Source: a virus
Taxonomy: Duplodnaviria; Caudoviricetes
DNA length: 64,000 nucleotides
Strand: one strand, 5' to 3'
IMG/VR virus record: IMGVR_UViG_3300038345_000076
Span: 41,851-105,850 of that record
Part shown: one piece after another, positions 38,673 through 48,482 of the stretch
How positions within the stretch are numbered: position 1 is the stretch's first letter
Layout of the letters: each line of letters begins with the position of its first letter
Translations under genes and position numbers: made by a program
Notes under the pieces: model-generated
Seen by the model: the letters and a program-made list of their open reading frames with translations, nothing else
What the model was told of the DNA's origin: nothing
Databases searched by the model: none

Positions 38673-41600
38673 ATGAGCGGTTGGACGATATACAGCAAAC
38701 AGGGAACACCCAAATACAAGGTTGAAAATCTGGAGTTCCGTGACATATGGATGGGCGAGGAGTTCGTGACGGTAAGTATCGTCTCCCCCACCCCGATAGA
38801 GCTTCAAATAGGCGACTATCTGACGTACAGGGGAGCGACATATACCATCTATTCGCTTCCTGCCGCTTTGAAACAGGCAAGGAGCAGCAGTTACGGCGAG
38901 GCTTTCAAGTACGATAACGTGAAGCTGTCTGCGCGTAGCACGGAGCTTACGGACATCCGATTCCTTGATATTGTTCTCGGAGACAACAACCTTCATTACA
39001 CGTCGCTTCCCACGTTCTCCGTCTATTGCGAGACCGTTGACGACTTGGTTGACCGCTTGCAGGCCAACACTGACAGGAACGCTATACAGTGGTTTTTCAT
39101 CACACCAAACCATTCGAGGACGATGCAGCGATACACTGGTGCTGCTGCTGTCACGGCGGATGCGCTATGGCATCAGTATTACGATGATGCGGACGATTTG
39201 TTTGAGGGCAACACGGAAATAAACGTCTCCGTTGACAAGAAAAGCCTCTGGGAAGGTCTTGCCTTCATCAAGAACAACTTCGGACTAAACTTCATAACCC
39301 GTGACAGGTCATGTATCATCGGTGCTCCTGGTGTTATCGCAAACCATATCTTCCAGTACGGGAAGGGAAACGGTCTGTATCAGATAGAGCGTGTTGCAGA
39401 TCAAGACCAGCAGATCGTTACGAAGCTCTTTGCCTATGGCAGTGACAAGAACCTTCCATTACGCTACTATGCCACCATCGGAGACGACATGCCGAACAAC
39501 ATGGCTGTCAATGTCCTCATGCTGCCAGGGTTTCCTCAGTATGCACTGAACCAGTTGTGCCGTACCACATACTATACCGACGGTACGGGCAAAAGGCATA
39601 CGAAGGTGCAGATACGCAAGACACCTTCCGCAGGCTATTCCGACATTATGGATATACTCGGCGAGTACACTATCGGCTTTTCTGATAACAAGCTGCGTCC
39701 GTATATCACGTCAGGCAATGTAGGTACTCTCGGAGTGAAAGAGGGAGACATCCACTTCACGGAAGAGAACGACGACAATGGCTTGAAGGAGGTGTACCCA
39801 TCCATCGAGGGCATGACGGCAGGAGACGCAGGTGTAAGCGGTCTTCCTGCCGACGAGCGTCTTGACGAAATAAAGGCTTGTGATGTCATCGACGACAACG
39901 GTGTCTTTGAAGAGGGTGCAGAGATACCTAACTTCAACATATACCTGAAGCCTCTCGGCTTTGACTTGAAGCAGGCTTACGATGCCAACGGAGGTACGAT
40001 GGTGATACACCTCAACGACGGCTACTGCGGAGGACGCGACTTCTCCGTAAAGAGTGTCGAATGGGAGGAGGCGAACAGCAGGTGGAAACTAAACGTAGAG
40101 CGTCATCACGACGAATCCCTTGACTTGTACTTTCCCTACTCCTGGGGCAAGTCCACTGGCGGCTCGTCCTCTGCCAACGAAGCGTATCAGATACGCACTG
40201 GAGACCATTTCGTCTTGACAGAGATAGAGATAAGCGATACGTCGTATATATGGGCTGCGAGCGTCAAGGCGTTGCGCAAGGCTATCACATGGCTTCTTAA
40301 CAACGACTACACGCGCTTCACTTATCTCCCGAAGGTTGACGAGATATTCATGGCACGTCAGCACGACTCATCTACGCCAGGGACTTCCCTGCATGACACA
40401 TTGAAGGCTGGAGACGTTATGAACTTCGAGGACAGTGACCTGGATATCGCAGGTAATGTGTTTATTGATACCCTTACGATCAAGGAAAACGGCAACAACG
40501 GCATACCCACATACGACGTAGTGTTACGCAACGACAAGCAGGTAGGCACGATGCAGCGAATACAGAACCAGTTGAACTCGCTTTCCTCGTTTGTCTCAGG
40601 AGGCGGTGGAGGTCTGAGCATAGCGCAGATACGTCAGTTGATCCAGACATACGGTGCCGACTTGTTTCTCTCCAAACTAAACGACGATACGGCACAGGGG
40701 ACACTGACTCTGATGAAAAGACTTGTAGTTGGGTTACAAGCAACGTTTAACAAAGGGTTTGAATCCAAAGACTATTCAAAACTTGCAGAAGGTGCCGACT
40801 TCGGAGATTTTGTTCAAGGGCTTGTAGGAGGTGACGGTGCAAGGATTGACAAGAATGGTAACATGGAGGCGACAAGCCTCTTTCTTCGTTCTGAACTCAT
40901 AGCACCGAAGCTGACATACAACCATGTAGATGTCCGTGTAGGTGATGAATGGCAGACAAACGGAGGAGGTGAGATAGCCTATGTTGACGGGTTCTTTACA
41001 GACCCAGAGGATAATATAGAAGGCGGTTATATCCATCTGCGTTTACAAGAAGATGACGAAGGAAATATAGTAGAGTTCGGAACGCTTAAACTGAACGATT
41101 TCTGTAAGGGAATCTTTCATAACATGGATGGCGGTTATAACGACACGCAGACCACAGATGACGGTAAGGGAGGCAGGACATTCTCAGGCTTCTTTACTTC
41201 GTTCTTCAATATCATAGAGGTTAGCGGAGACCATTACGAGACTCTGAAATACAAGTTACGTCCTACCATCACTTCTGGAGGGTTTGACTATTGGATGCGT
41301 GACGATGGTACGGCAAGTGGTATGCGTGGAGGTTTCCATCCGTGCGCACATATGACCTTTGCACAGTACTCAAACCCACAAGACACGACACGTCAGAATT
41401 GTCAGTACCGCACTACGACATATATGCGTATGCTGGCTAACATGACTGGCTGGGATGAAGGACTTGCCAACGTAGCATTCCAGGTAGGCAACACACCTTT
41501 GATAGCAAGTGCCTTTGGAAGTACAGACCCAAGCGGAAGGGCTGCTAATGCTGGTCGCTACTCCATGTGGATTAACGGCGACATCTTCTTTTCTGGCACA

Positions 41601-44600
41601 CTGAACCGTGTGGACGCATGGGGCAGGGATATAACAGACTACCCAGACCAAGGGGATTATGCTCCAACTACTACATACCGTCTCAATGACCTTGTGCACT
41701 ATAATGGTATCGTTTGGCGGTGCATAAAGGCTTCTGTTACAGGAGAAGCACCAGGAAGCAATACGCAAGACCCGTCATGGATTAAATGGATTTATGCCGA
41801 AAGCGTAGAACCGATGGGGCATTGGAACAGCACAAGAAGACATTATCCTGCCAAAGCTATCGTAAACCTGTTCAATGGTGTGTATATGGCTAAGACGGAG
41901 ACAAACAATGCTCCTCTTGGACTTCTAATGACAAAAGACGGGGAATATATTACTACCGATGACGGGGGATATATCATTGTCGATGATACGATTGACTCAG
42001 ATTGGGAGTTGCTTCTTGATACTGGAGATATAACCAATGGAGAGGATGGAGAGAATGCTGTTGTCATCAACCTCACAAACGATACTGATAGCGTTTTGAC
42101 TGACGAGAAAGGAAACATCCCGTCTAGAACATCCTTTCCTACGACAACGGCAGAACTGTATGACGGACTGAATAAGGTAGTGCAAGGAGTAGTGTGGTCT
42201 ATACAATCCACTACTGGCTGTACGGCATCCATTGATGCTACCACTGGAGAATGTCAGGTACTTACGATGACTGCCGATAATGCCGAGGTCGTCATCATTG
42301 CTACTTACAAGCAGAAAACATACGGAAAGAAATTCACTTTCAAGAAACTCTTAGGCAAAGATAAACTGTGGCTTGATATGCCAGAGGTGGTGTATTACGA
42401 CAACCCGACAGCAAAGAACATCTCACCAGTCAAATTAGTCATCAGGGCTTATATTACATCCGCAACAAAAGGGACGGCACAGGCTATCTATGGAAGCATG
42501 AACTGTGGATATGTGAGGGTTGGCGGTTCCAACACAAACTACTATCATGGTGACGAGGTAGGAATAACATACGATTCTTTCACTAACGGACATCTTATCG
42601 TCAACCTCTACGATTCAAGCGGCAATATTCAGGACACAGAGGATATAAGGCTGTTACAAGAACCAACACAACTCGTTTCAGGAGGGAGGTGGACTTCTAC
42701 TACTGAGGTAAAGATTAATCACTTCTACCGCTTCGGAGATTCCATATACCTTGCAAAGAAAGAGAGTGTAGGCATATCACCTGTAATGTCATTGCTTAAA
42801 GATTGTGATGGGAACTTCATTACTACCAGCGATGGCGGGTATATCATATTAGACGACAGAACAAACACAGAATACTACGACAAGTGGGTTACTGACGGCG
42901 ATGCCGTTAATGCCGTGCGCATTGATCTCGACAACGAGAACGATACTATGCTGTATGACAATAACGGCAATCTGCTGTCAACTCCTTGCGTATCTAACGC
43001 TACACTCTATGAAGGAAACCAGAAGATAAGCAACGCTGTTTTCTCCATCATTTCTACAGAAGGCTGTACGGCAGCTATCAACGGAAACAAGATAACCGTG
43101 TCTGCAATGTCACAGGAGACTGGCAGTGTCATGGTTGGATGCGTTTACAAAGGCACACAGTATATCGTCGTGATGAGTCTTACAAGAATCATCAATCAGG
43201 ATAAGTTTGATATTGTATGCTCTCCGAACAGCGTGGCGTATAATTCCACCTCAGAGGAGGTACAGACAGGAGGTACTATCGTTGTAGAGGTATGGCGCAC
43301 ACCTGCCAGTGGCGGTGCTCGTGAGAAGGTGCAGAGCCTTGCTACGTATGGTCTTACGCTTTCCTGTTCTCCTTCTGGAATCATGGGTACTTATTCTGGT
43401 GGCAGTGCGACTATAACGGTAAACGCTTCCACTGCTGGAGGTAACGATAACATCATCATCATTCTGACAAAAGACGGAAAGACTGTTGATGCCGAGGGCA
43501 TTCCTATTGTAAAGGCGGAGGATGCCGTTACATACGAAATCGTTGTCTTTCCAGACGGCTTCAACCGTAACAATGACGGAACGTATAAAGACAGCACCCA
43601 CACCATTACTTGCCGTGTGTTCAAGATTGCTGGGGAAACAAGAACGGAACTCAACAACACAACGTTTGCATCAGAAGGTCTTTCCTTTGCACCGTTAGTC
43701 AATGACACACTTATATCCAACCCGTTCCAATGGAGTGGAACAGCTTTCTACTGGCAGCTTCCTGTTGTCTATCCATCTGGCAGCAGCACGCTTGTTAAGA
43801 AGATAAGCGTACAGGTCAAGAAAAGCAATGCTGTCATCCTCTCTAAAGACATTACATTCTCTTTTGACGGAAAGGAGGGTTTGCAGGGATGTGCCACAAG
43901 AGTATCTGAATGGAACGGCGAGTCAGGCTATTACCGCAACGATGAAGGCAAAAACCTTCAATCTGGCGAGGTTGGCTATATTGACATCGTTGCAAGAGAA
44001 TCAACGGAAACTCCAGACGGGTATTATTTCTACCTACTAATAGCAGGTTCTTATTCTGGTGACACGTATCACAGCACAACACCGCCTGAAAACGACACAT
44101 CACACTGGCTTCAACTGTCTAATGTCGGTCCGCTATACACTTCCCTGCTTATCGCCAAGAACGCTTTCATCAAGTTCGGTAGTGGCAATCAGTTCATTAT
44201 CATTAATTCCTCAAACAACATCGAGGCAGGAATGAAGGGCGATGGAGACATCCGTATATGGGCTGGAGGAAGCAATATCGGAACGGCAAACGACACAAAT
44301 CTTGCCAACGCTCCTTATCGAGTAAAGAAAGATGGTTCATTTGTATCTTCAAAAGCCGATATTCAAGGGACAATAAGAGCGCAAACTTACTTCTATGACG
44401 TACAGACATTAGCACTTCCAAATTCAGACGGACAGTACGTCGGTACTATCCAAACAGGAAAACAGATAGTGTTTGTAAAGTCTCCTCGAAATCCAAACGG
44501 GCAAAACAATATCGTTTACCTGCCATACGCAAACACAAACAACGGTGCGGTAATAGATATATATTGCTATCCGAATCTGGGTGTATCGTCAAGCAATCAG

Positions 44601-44765
44601 GGTATTCTCATAGAACCACAGCCTGTTTCTGGGCAAACGATTACTGACCCATATACAGGAGAAAGTCTTGATTATGTTGCACTGGAAATATCTCACAAGG
44701 CACGATTCTATTGCAATGGCAATACTTGGATATGGTTAGAGCGTAATATAAACACATCACAATAA
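38673..44765 (+). CDS. Large tail tip/host-specificity protein (2030 aa)
   Basis: Tal-like N-terminus (YGKGNGLY...TKLFAYGSDKNLP), a CBM5/12-like module and internal repeats. Confidence 0.8.
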   Translation: MSGWTIYSKQGTPKYKVENLEFRDIWMGEEFVTVSIVSPTPIELQIGDYLTYRGATYTIYSLPAALKQARSSSYGEAFKYDNVKLSARSTELTDIRFLDIVLGDNNLHYTSLPTFSVYCETVDDLVDRLQANTDRNAIQWFFITPNHSRTMQRYTGAAAVTADALWHQYYDDADDLFEGNTEINVSVDKKSLWEGLAFIKNNFGLNFITRDRSCIIGAPGVIANHIFQYGKGNGLYQIERVADQDQQIVTKLFAYGSDKNLPLRYYATIGDDMPNNMAVNVLMLPGFPQYALNQLCRTTYYTDGTGKRHTKVQIRKTPSAGYSDIMDILGEYTIGFSDNKLRPYITSGNVGTLGVKEGDIHFTEENDDNGLKEVYPSIEGMTAGDAGVSGLPADERLDEIKACDVIDDNGVFEEGAEIPNFNIYLKPLGFDLKQAYDANGGTMVIHLNDGYCGGRDFSVKSVEWEEANSRWKLNVERHHDESLDLYFPYSWGKSTGGSSSANEAYQIRTGDHFVLTEIEISDTSYIWAASVKALRKAITWLLNNDYTRFTYLPKVDEIFMARQHDSSTPGTSLHDTLKAGDVMNFEDSDLDIAGNVFIDTLTIKENGNNGIPTYDVVLRNDKQVGTMQRIQNQLNSLSSFVSGGGGGLSIAQIRQLIQTYGADLFLSKLNDDTAQGTLTLMKRLVVGLQATFNKGFESKDYSKLAEGADFGDFVQGLVGGDGARIDKNGNMEATSLFLRSELIAPKLTYNHVDVRVGDEWQTNGGGEIAYVDGFFTDPEDNIEGGYIHLRLQEDDEGNIVEFGTLKLNDFCKGIFHNMDGGYNDTQTTDDGKGGRTFSGFFTSFFNIIEVSGDHYETLKYKLRPTITSGGFDYWMRDDGTASGMRGGFHPCAHMTFAQYSNPQDTTRQNCQYRTTTYMRMLANMTGWDEGLANVAFQVGNTPLIASAFGSTDPSGRAANAGRYSMWINGDIFFSGTLNRVDAWGRDITDYPDQGDYAPTTTYRLNDLVHYNGIVWRCIKASVTGEAPGSNTQDPSWIKWIYAESVEPMGHWNSTRRHYPAKAIVNLFNGVYMAKTETNNAPLGLLMTKDGEYITTDDGGYIIVDDTIDSDWELLLDTGDITNGEDGENAVVINLTNDTDSVLTDEKGNIPSRTSFPTTTAELYDGLNKVVQGVVWSIQSTTGCTASIDATTGECQVLTMTADNAEVVIIATYKQKTYGKKFTFKKLLGKDKLWLDMPEVVYYDNPTAKNISPVKLVIRAYITSATKGTAQAIYGSMNCGYVRVGGSNTNYYHGDEVGITYDSFTNGHLIVNLYDSSGNIQDTEDIRLLQEPTQLVSGGRWTSTTEVKINHFYRFGDSIYLAKKESVGISPVMSLLKDCDGNFITTSDGGYIILDDRTNTEYYDKWVTDGDAVNAVRIDLDNENDTMLYDNNGNLLSTPCVSNATLYEGNQKISNAVFSIISTEGCTAAINGNKITVSAMSQETGSVMVGCVYKGTQYIVVMSLTRIINQDKFDIVCSPNSVAYNSTSEEVQTGGTIVVEVWRTPASGGAREKVQSLATYGLTLSCSPSGIMGTYSGGSATITVNASTAGGNDNIIIILTKDGKTVDAEGIPIVKAEDAVTYEIVVFPDGFNRNNDGTYKDSTHTITCRVFKIAGETRTELNNTTFASEGLSFAPLVNDTLISNPFQWSGTAFYWQLPVVYPSGSSTLVKKISVQVKKSNAVILSKDITFSFDGKEGLQGCATRVSEWNGESGYYRNDEGKNLQSGEVGYIDIVARESTETPDGYYFYLLIAGSYSGDTYHSTTPPENDTSHWLQLSNVGPLYTSLLIAKNAFIKFGSGNQFIIINSSNNIEAGMKGDGDIRIWAGGSNIGTANDTNLANAPYRVKKDGSFVSSKADIQGTIRAQTYFYDVQTLALPNSDGQYVGTIQTGKQIVFVKSPRNPNGQNNIVYLPYANTNNGAVIDIYCYPNLGVSSSNQGILIEPQPVSGQTITDPYTGESLDYVALEISHKARFYCNGNTWIWLERNINTSQ

Positions 44766-44791
44766 ATATTAATATTTAAAACATATAGATT

Positions 44792-45307
44792 ATGGATAAA
44801 TTAGGAAAATTTTTACAGAGAGGTTTGGTGAATGCCTCACCGAGCAGATTCCTTATGGCAGACGTTAAGGAGAACGAAATGGCAAGTTCCTTGCCACAGA
44901 ATGTAACGGCGGACTATGTTCGTGCCATAGGTAGTGATGGAAAGAGTTATAGAATACCAAGAGCAGATTTCGCAAGCATCATCCGTAGCGAGTTAGGAAC
45001 AATCTTAAATGGACTGACAAACCAGACCACCGTAACGAAGGTTCCAACGCTTAACGGATCCACTCTTGGAGCATCAGCTGTTGCAACTTTGGCATCAGTT
45101 CTGGGCGTAGAAATGCAAGTGTATGTCAACGATGGTTTCTCTCATGGTATGCCTGGATATACGGGAATATTCGTTGGCTTCAACATGACCAATGAACGTG
45201 GTGGAGCAATATTCTTTGAAGCAGAAGGGGTGGGTGGAGGTTTCTTCACCAGTGCTACCGTTAATGGGCAGATTATACAATGGCATCATTTGGCATTTCA
45301 ATCTTAA
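44792..45307 (+). CDS. Tail fibre/receptor-binding protein: constant N-terminus plus currently expressed variable C-terminus (cassette 1 from 45101)
   Basis: ...LASV-LG(CTGGGC)-VEMQ; the CTGGGCG site is shared by nine silent cassettes. Confidence 0.8.
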   Translation: MDKLGKFLQRGLVNASPSRFLMADVKENEMASSLPQNVTADYVRAIGSDGKSYRIPRADFASIIRSELGTILNGLTNQTTVTKVPTLNGSTLGASAVATLASVLGVEMQVYVNDGFSHGMPGYTGIFVGFNMTNERGGAIFFEAEGVGGGFFTSATVNGQIIQWHHLAFQS

Positions 45308-45334
45308 CAAAAAGGAGGTATAAGCCTCCCTTTT

Positions 45335-45595
45335 CTGGGCGTAAGAGGCAGAATTATATTTGAAGATAAGCAAATACAACAGAATGGTAGTTACACTACA
45401 GGTTCTCTTGCAGGAGGACTGTATGTGTTAGAATCAACAGTTGGAGGACATAATATCGTATTTACGCTATATGCTTCAGGATTGCATGTTATTCAAGCAG
45501 ATGCTGCACAGATTACAGTAACAGGCAGTATGAGTGCAGGTGTAACAGTTACGAATAATGCTTCTGCAAGAAACTTTACGTTAAGGAAATTATAA
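45335..45595 (+). other. Silent C-terminal cassette 2 (86 aa)
   Basis: LGVRGRIIFEDKQ...NFTLRKL*. Confidence 0.85.
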
Positions 45596-45616
45596 AAGGA
45601 GGGTATTGCCATCCTT

Positions 45617-45865
45617 TTATATTGCTGTAAATGTACACTCTCTCCACCGTTGCCAAGTATTATTTGCATAAACATTATAAAAGAGTTTTCCGGAAGCTGT
45701 ACCACTTGCATATTCAAGAGCAATGCGAATAGAATAAATCATAATACAATATCCAAAAGAACATGGTGTGTTATTATGAGTGGTAGAATTGAACCATTCA
45801 CATTTTACTATATTTGTGGTTCCAAGCAAGTCTGTTACGATAGTATTGTTATTGAATGCGCCCAG
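45617..45865 (-). other. Silent cassette 3 (82 aa)
   Basis: LGAFNNNTIVTDLLG...TWQRWRECTFTAI*. Confidence 0.85.
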
Positions 45866-45921
45866 CTCTTATTGTTATTGGTGGTTAACAAACAAGGGGT
45901 AGCTCTGCTACCCCCATTATG

Positions 45922-46167
45922 TTACCAGGGTACACTGTTGCCGAACAAGTATTCCCATCCTGTTGTTATTACGGGTTTTTGGTCATAGGAATATCTAAAG
46001 GCTAACGTCCTATTAGAAGTGAACCTCTGAACAATCTGGCCACCTGAAGTTCTAATAACTTCTAAAATGTAGAATCCATGAGTATTATCCCATCCAACAT
46101 AGTAACCTTCTTCTATTGTATGGTCTGGGTCACTTACAGAATAATGTTTTTTGAAAGTTACGCCCAG
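45922..46167 (-). other. Silent cassette 4 (81 aa)
   Basis: LGVTFKKHYS...TGWEYLFGNSVPW*. Confidence 0.85.
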
Positions 46168-46178
46168 AAAGAATAATT

Positions 46179-46430
46179 CTGGGCGTATGGCGTTTGGCTT
46201 CAAGAAGCTCTCAAGAAGGCGATATATCATCATGTGACGAGTGTGTTAATGGATATATATACTTTATGACAGTTCAACATCCGTTAAGTAATGCACCTGA
46301 GCTTCCTTGTAATGTAATCACATTTAGAACGGATTCAATAGGCTTTCAATTTGGATATGGCTATTGGACTGGAAAAATGTATACGCGTGGACTGAACGGT
46401 GGTACTTGGTCAAATTGGAAAGAGTTGTGA
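46179..46430 (+). other. Silent cassette 5 (83 aa)
   Basis: LGVWRLASRS...GTWSNWKEL*. Confidence 0.85.
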
Positions 46431-46461
46431 AATAATGGGACGGTTTAATGCCGTCCAATTT

Positions 46462-46818
46462 TCACCACTCCATAACCAGTACTCTAAAATATACAGAAAG
46501 ACCTTCTCTTTTGGTTACAGTCAAACTTCCATCATTATTGAAGGAGAGGTCAGATTGTTTTATGGCATTTCCTTCATAAATTGTTCCTGCAACTGTTTTT
46601 CTACCAAGAACAAAGACGCTGGGTGTCGCTGTATTTTGAGATATAAACAAAATGCTACACCTGTCACCATCACTTCCTCCAAAGTAGGTATTTGGTATAG
46701 TAACACTTGTACCTGATGCTTGTTGTATTGAGAAGCATGAACGAGGATATGAAAATACTTTTTCAGACATAATAGTACGAATACCATTAATCCCCTCATT
46801 ATTTTCAATTTCGCCCAG
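46462..46818 (-). other. Silent cassette 6 (118 aa)
   Basis: LGEIENNEGINGIRTIMSEK...FRVLVMEW*. Confidence 0.85.
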
Positions 46819-46830
46819 ATGTAATTAATG

Positions 46831-47097
46831 CTGGGCGTGGTACGTTATATTGGAGACATTAATTCATCTTCAAATATAGATGATTTGGTAAGTGGATGGT
46901 ATAGAATAAGCACAACTACACCTCCTAATTGGTGGTTTAATAACTCAAGCACAGATGGACTTGTTGAGGTTATCAAAACACACGCTAACTACAAAATGTT
47001 AAGATATACAAGTTTTACTAATGGAGACGTCTATGGACGCTGTTATTTATGGACTTCATGGGGCGACTGGAAAAAGTTCACGGCTGGAACATTATAA
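46831..47097 (+). other. Silent cassette 7 (88 aa)
   Basis: LGVVRYIGDIN...SWGDWKKFTAGTL*. Confidence 0.85.
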
Positions 47098-47125
47098 ATA
47101 GTGGGAGGTTTTTTCCTCCCACTTA

Positions 47126-47407
47126 TTATGTTGCATACTCAACCACTGTTCCTGTGACTTTCCTCCACATGCCAAATCCATTATCCCAGCCTCTGAACCA
47201 AAAATCCGATGAACCCTTTGCACAATCAAATACGATTTGCTCTTTGTTTTGTAAAACATACAAGCAAAACGAATTAGTGAGACCTGTGGGACGATGAGAA
47301 TGGTTTCGTGTTTGCACCCCAGCTAAAGTGTAATAGCAATGACCAATTTCGGTATAGTCATCAAAGTCTCCTCCATCACTCTGATAATGGCGCTGTATGC
47401 CGCCCAG
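47126..47407 (-). other. Silent cassette 8 (93 aa)
   Basis: LGGIQRHYQS...GFGMWRKVTGTVVEYAT*. Confidence 0.85.
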
Positions 47408-47419
47408 CATTAATCATTC

Positions 47420-47761
47420 CTGGGCGTAGATAGGATTGTGTATACGAATGGTTCAAACAATCAATCTTTTTATATTGCTTCGTTTGGTAACTACTCGTCT
47501 GTCAGAATATTAGGATCGCATTCTAATGTAAACAGTGGTGCTATTGACTTCACTATATATGGCAATATGGGGGATTTTGTGGCAAAGGGTAATGCTGGAC
47601 AGAATGGTTATGACATTAAAGTTTACAAAAAGGATTCAAAAATATATCTCTTTTTTCCTACCGGTATTTCTGTTAATGTTATACTCGTCGGCGGTCTTGG
47701 TAAACTAATACAGGAGGCTATACCAGAAGGCGCCACCCAGTTGACTGTTTCCCCTTATTAA
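47420..47761 (+). other. Silent cassette 9 (113 aa)
   Basis: LGVDRIVYTNGS...IPEGATQLTVSPY*. Confidence 0.85.
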
Positions 47762-47790
47762 CAATAAAGGATGGCTTGTAACCATCCTTT

Positions 47791-48006
47791 TTATATTTCC
47801 TTCCACGATGTATAAGAAGCACCTCCATAAACACTAATACGAGTATATAAGCCACCAATTACATCAGAAATCTTGGAAATAAAAAAATGACCCCAATAAT
47901 AACTACCTTGCGCTTCAATCAGTAAACCAAAGTCAGCAGGCATCCCTTTAGAAATTCCATCTCCAGCATAAGATTGAGCTTTGAATTTCCCTCCTAAAAC
48001 GCCCAG
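47791..48006 (-). other. Silent cassette 10 (71 aa)
   Basis: LGVLGGKFKAQ...YTSWKEI*. Confidence 0.85.
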
Positions 48007-48018
48007 CACTCTAAGACG

Positions 48019-48408
48019 TTAGGCTCCTTCGCTTGGTGTGGTATGGAGGCTGAATTTGCTTTTGACTACCCATGGTTCCCATTTTTCGTAGCGTGACTCG
48101 CGGCTACGGCAATAGCGAATGATTATGGCTTTTTCGTAGTTAAGGATTAATAGTTCTTGCTTATTGTCTGTAGGGAAAAACATGACCAATCCTTTTCCTA
48201 TTATAGTTGGTTCTCGATAATTACCTATTGTGGTAAGACAGGGTGCGTCCTTTACTAACTTTTCTAGTTCTTCCTCAGGAATAACCGAATTTCCTTCAGG
48301 GCACAATGTATTGATGTCTGTGCCATATGGTATATTTTTCTGTGACAACATCGCCGCTTGCGCATGGAGTGCCTCTTTAAATTGCTTGTCTCTTTCTTCC
48401 TGTGTCAT
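48019..48408 (-). CDS. Hypothetical protein with a cassette-like WxxW C-terminus
   Basis: ...IRYCRSRESRYEKWEPW; own -7 element TAACTTTG at 48429-48436. Confidence 0.65.
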   Translation of the reverse strand: MTQEERDKQFKEALHAQAAMLSQKNIPYGTDINTLCPEGNSVIPEEELEKLVKDAPCLTTIGNYREPTIIGKGLVMFFPTDNKQELLILNYEKAIIIRYCRSRESRYEKWEPWVVKSKFSLHTTPSEGA

Positions 48409-48482
48409 AATCGTTTTTTAGTTTGCCGCAAAGTTAAGAAAAATCCTTGAAACACCTTTGTTTTATTCTGATTATTTATATT

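Larger units (their letters stand above)
45101..48006. mobile_element. Multi-cassette inversion system (shufflon) with 10 CTGGGCG sites
   Basis: Sites at 45101+, 45335+, 45859-, 46161-, 46179+, 46812-, 46831+, 47401-, 47420+, 48000-; each opens an in-frame Leu-Gly ORF. Confidence 0.9.

Noticed and set aside
44792-48006. Diversity-generating retroelement
   Set aside because: No reverse transcriptase and no TR/VR pair differing at adenines; the cassettes share only 7 bp
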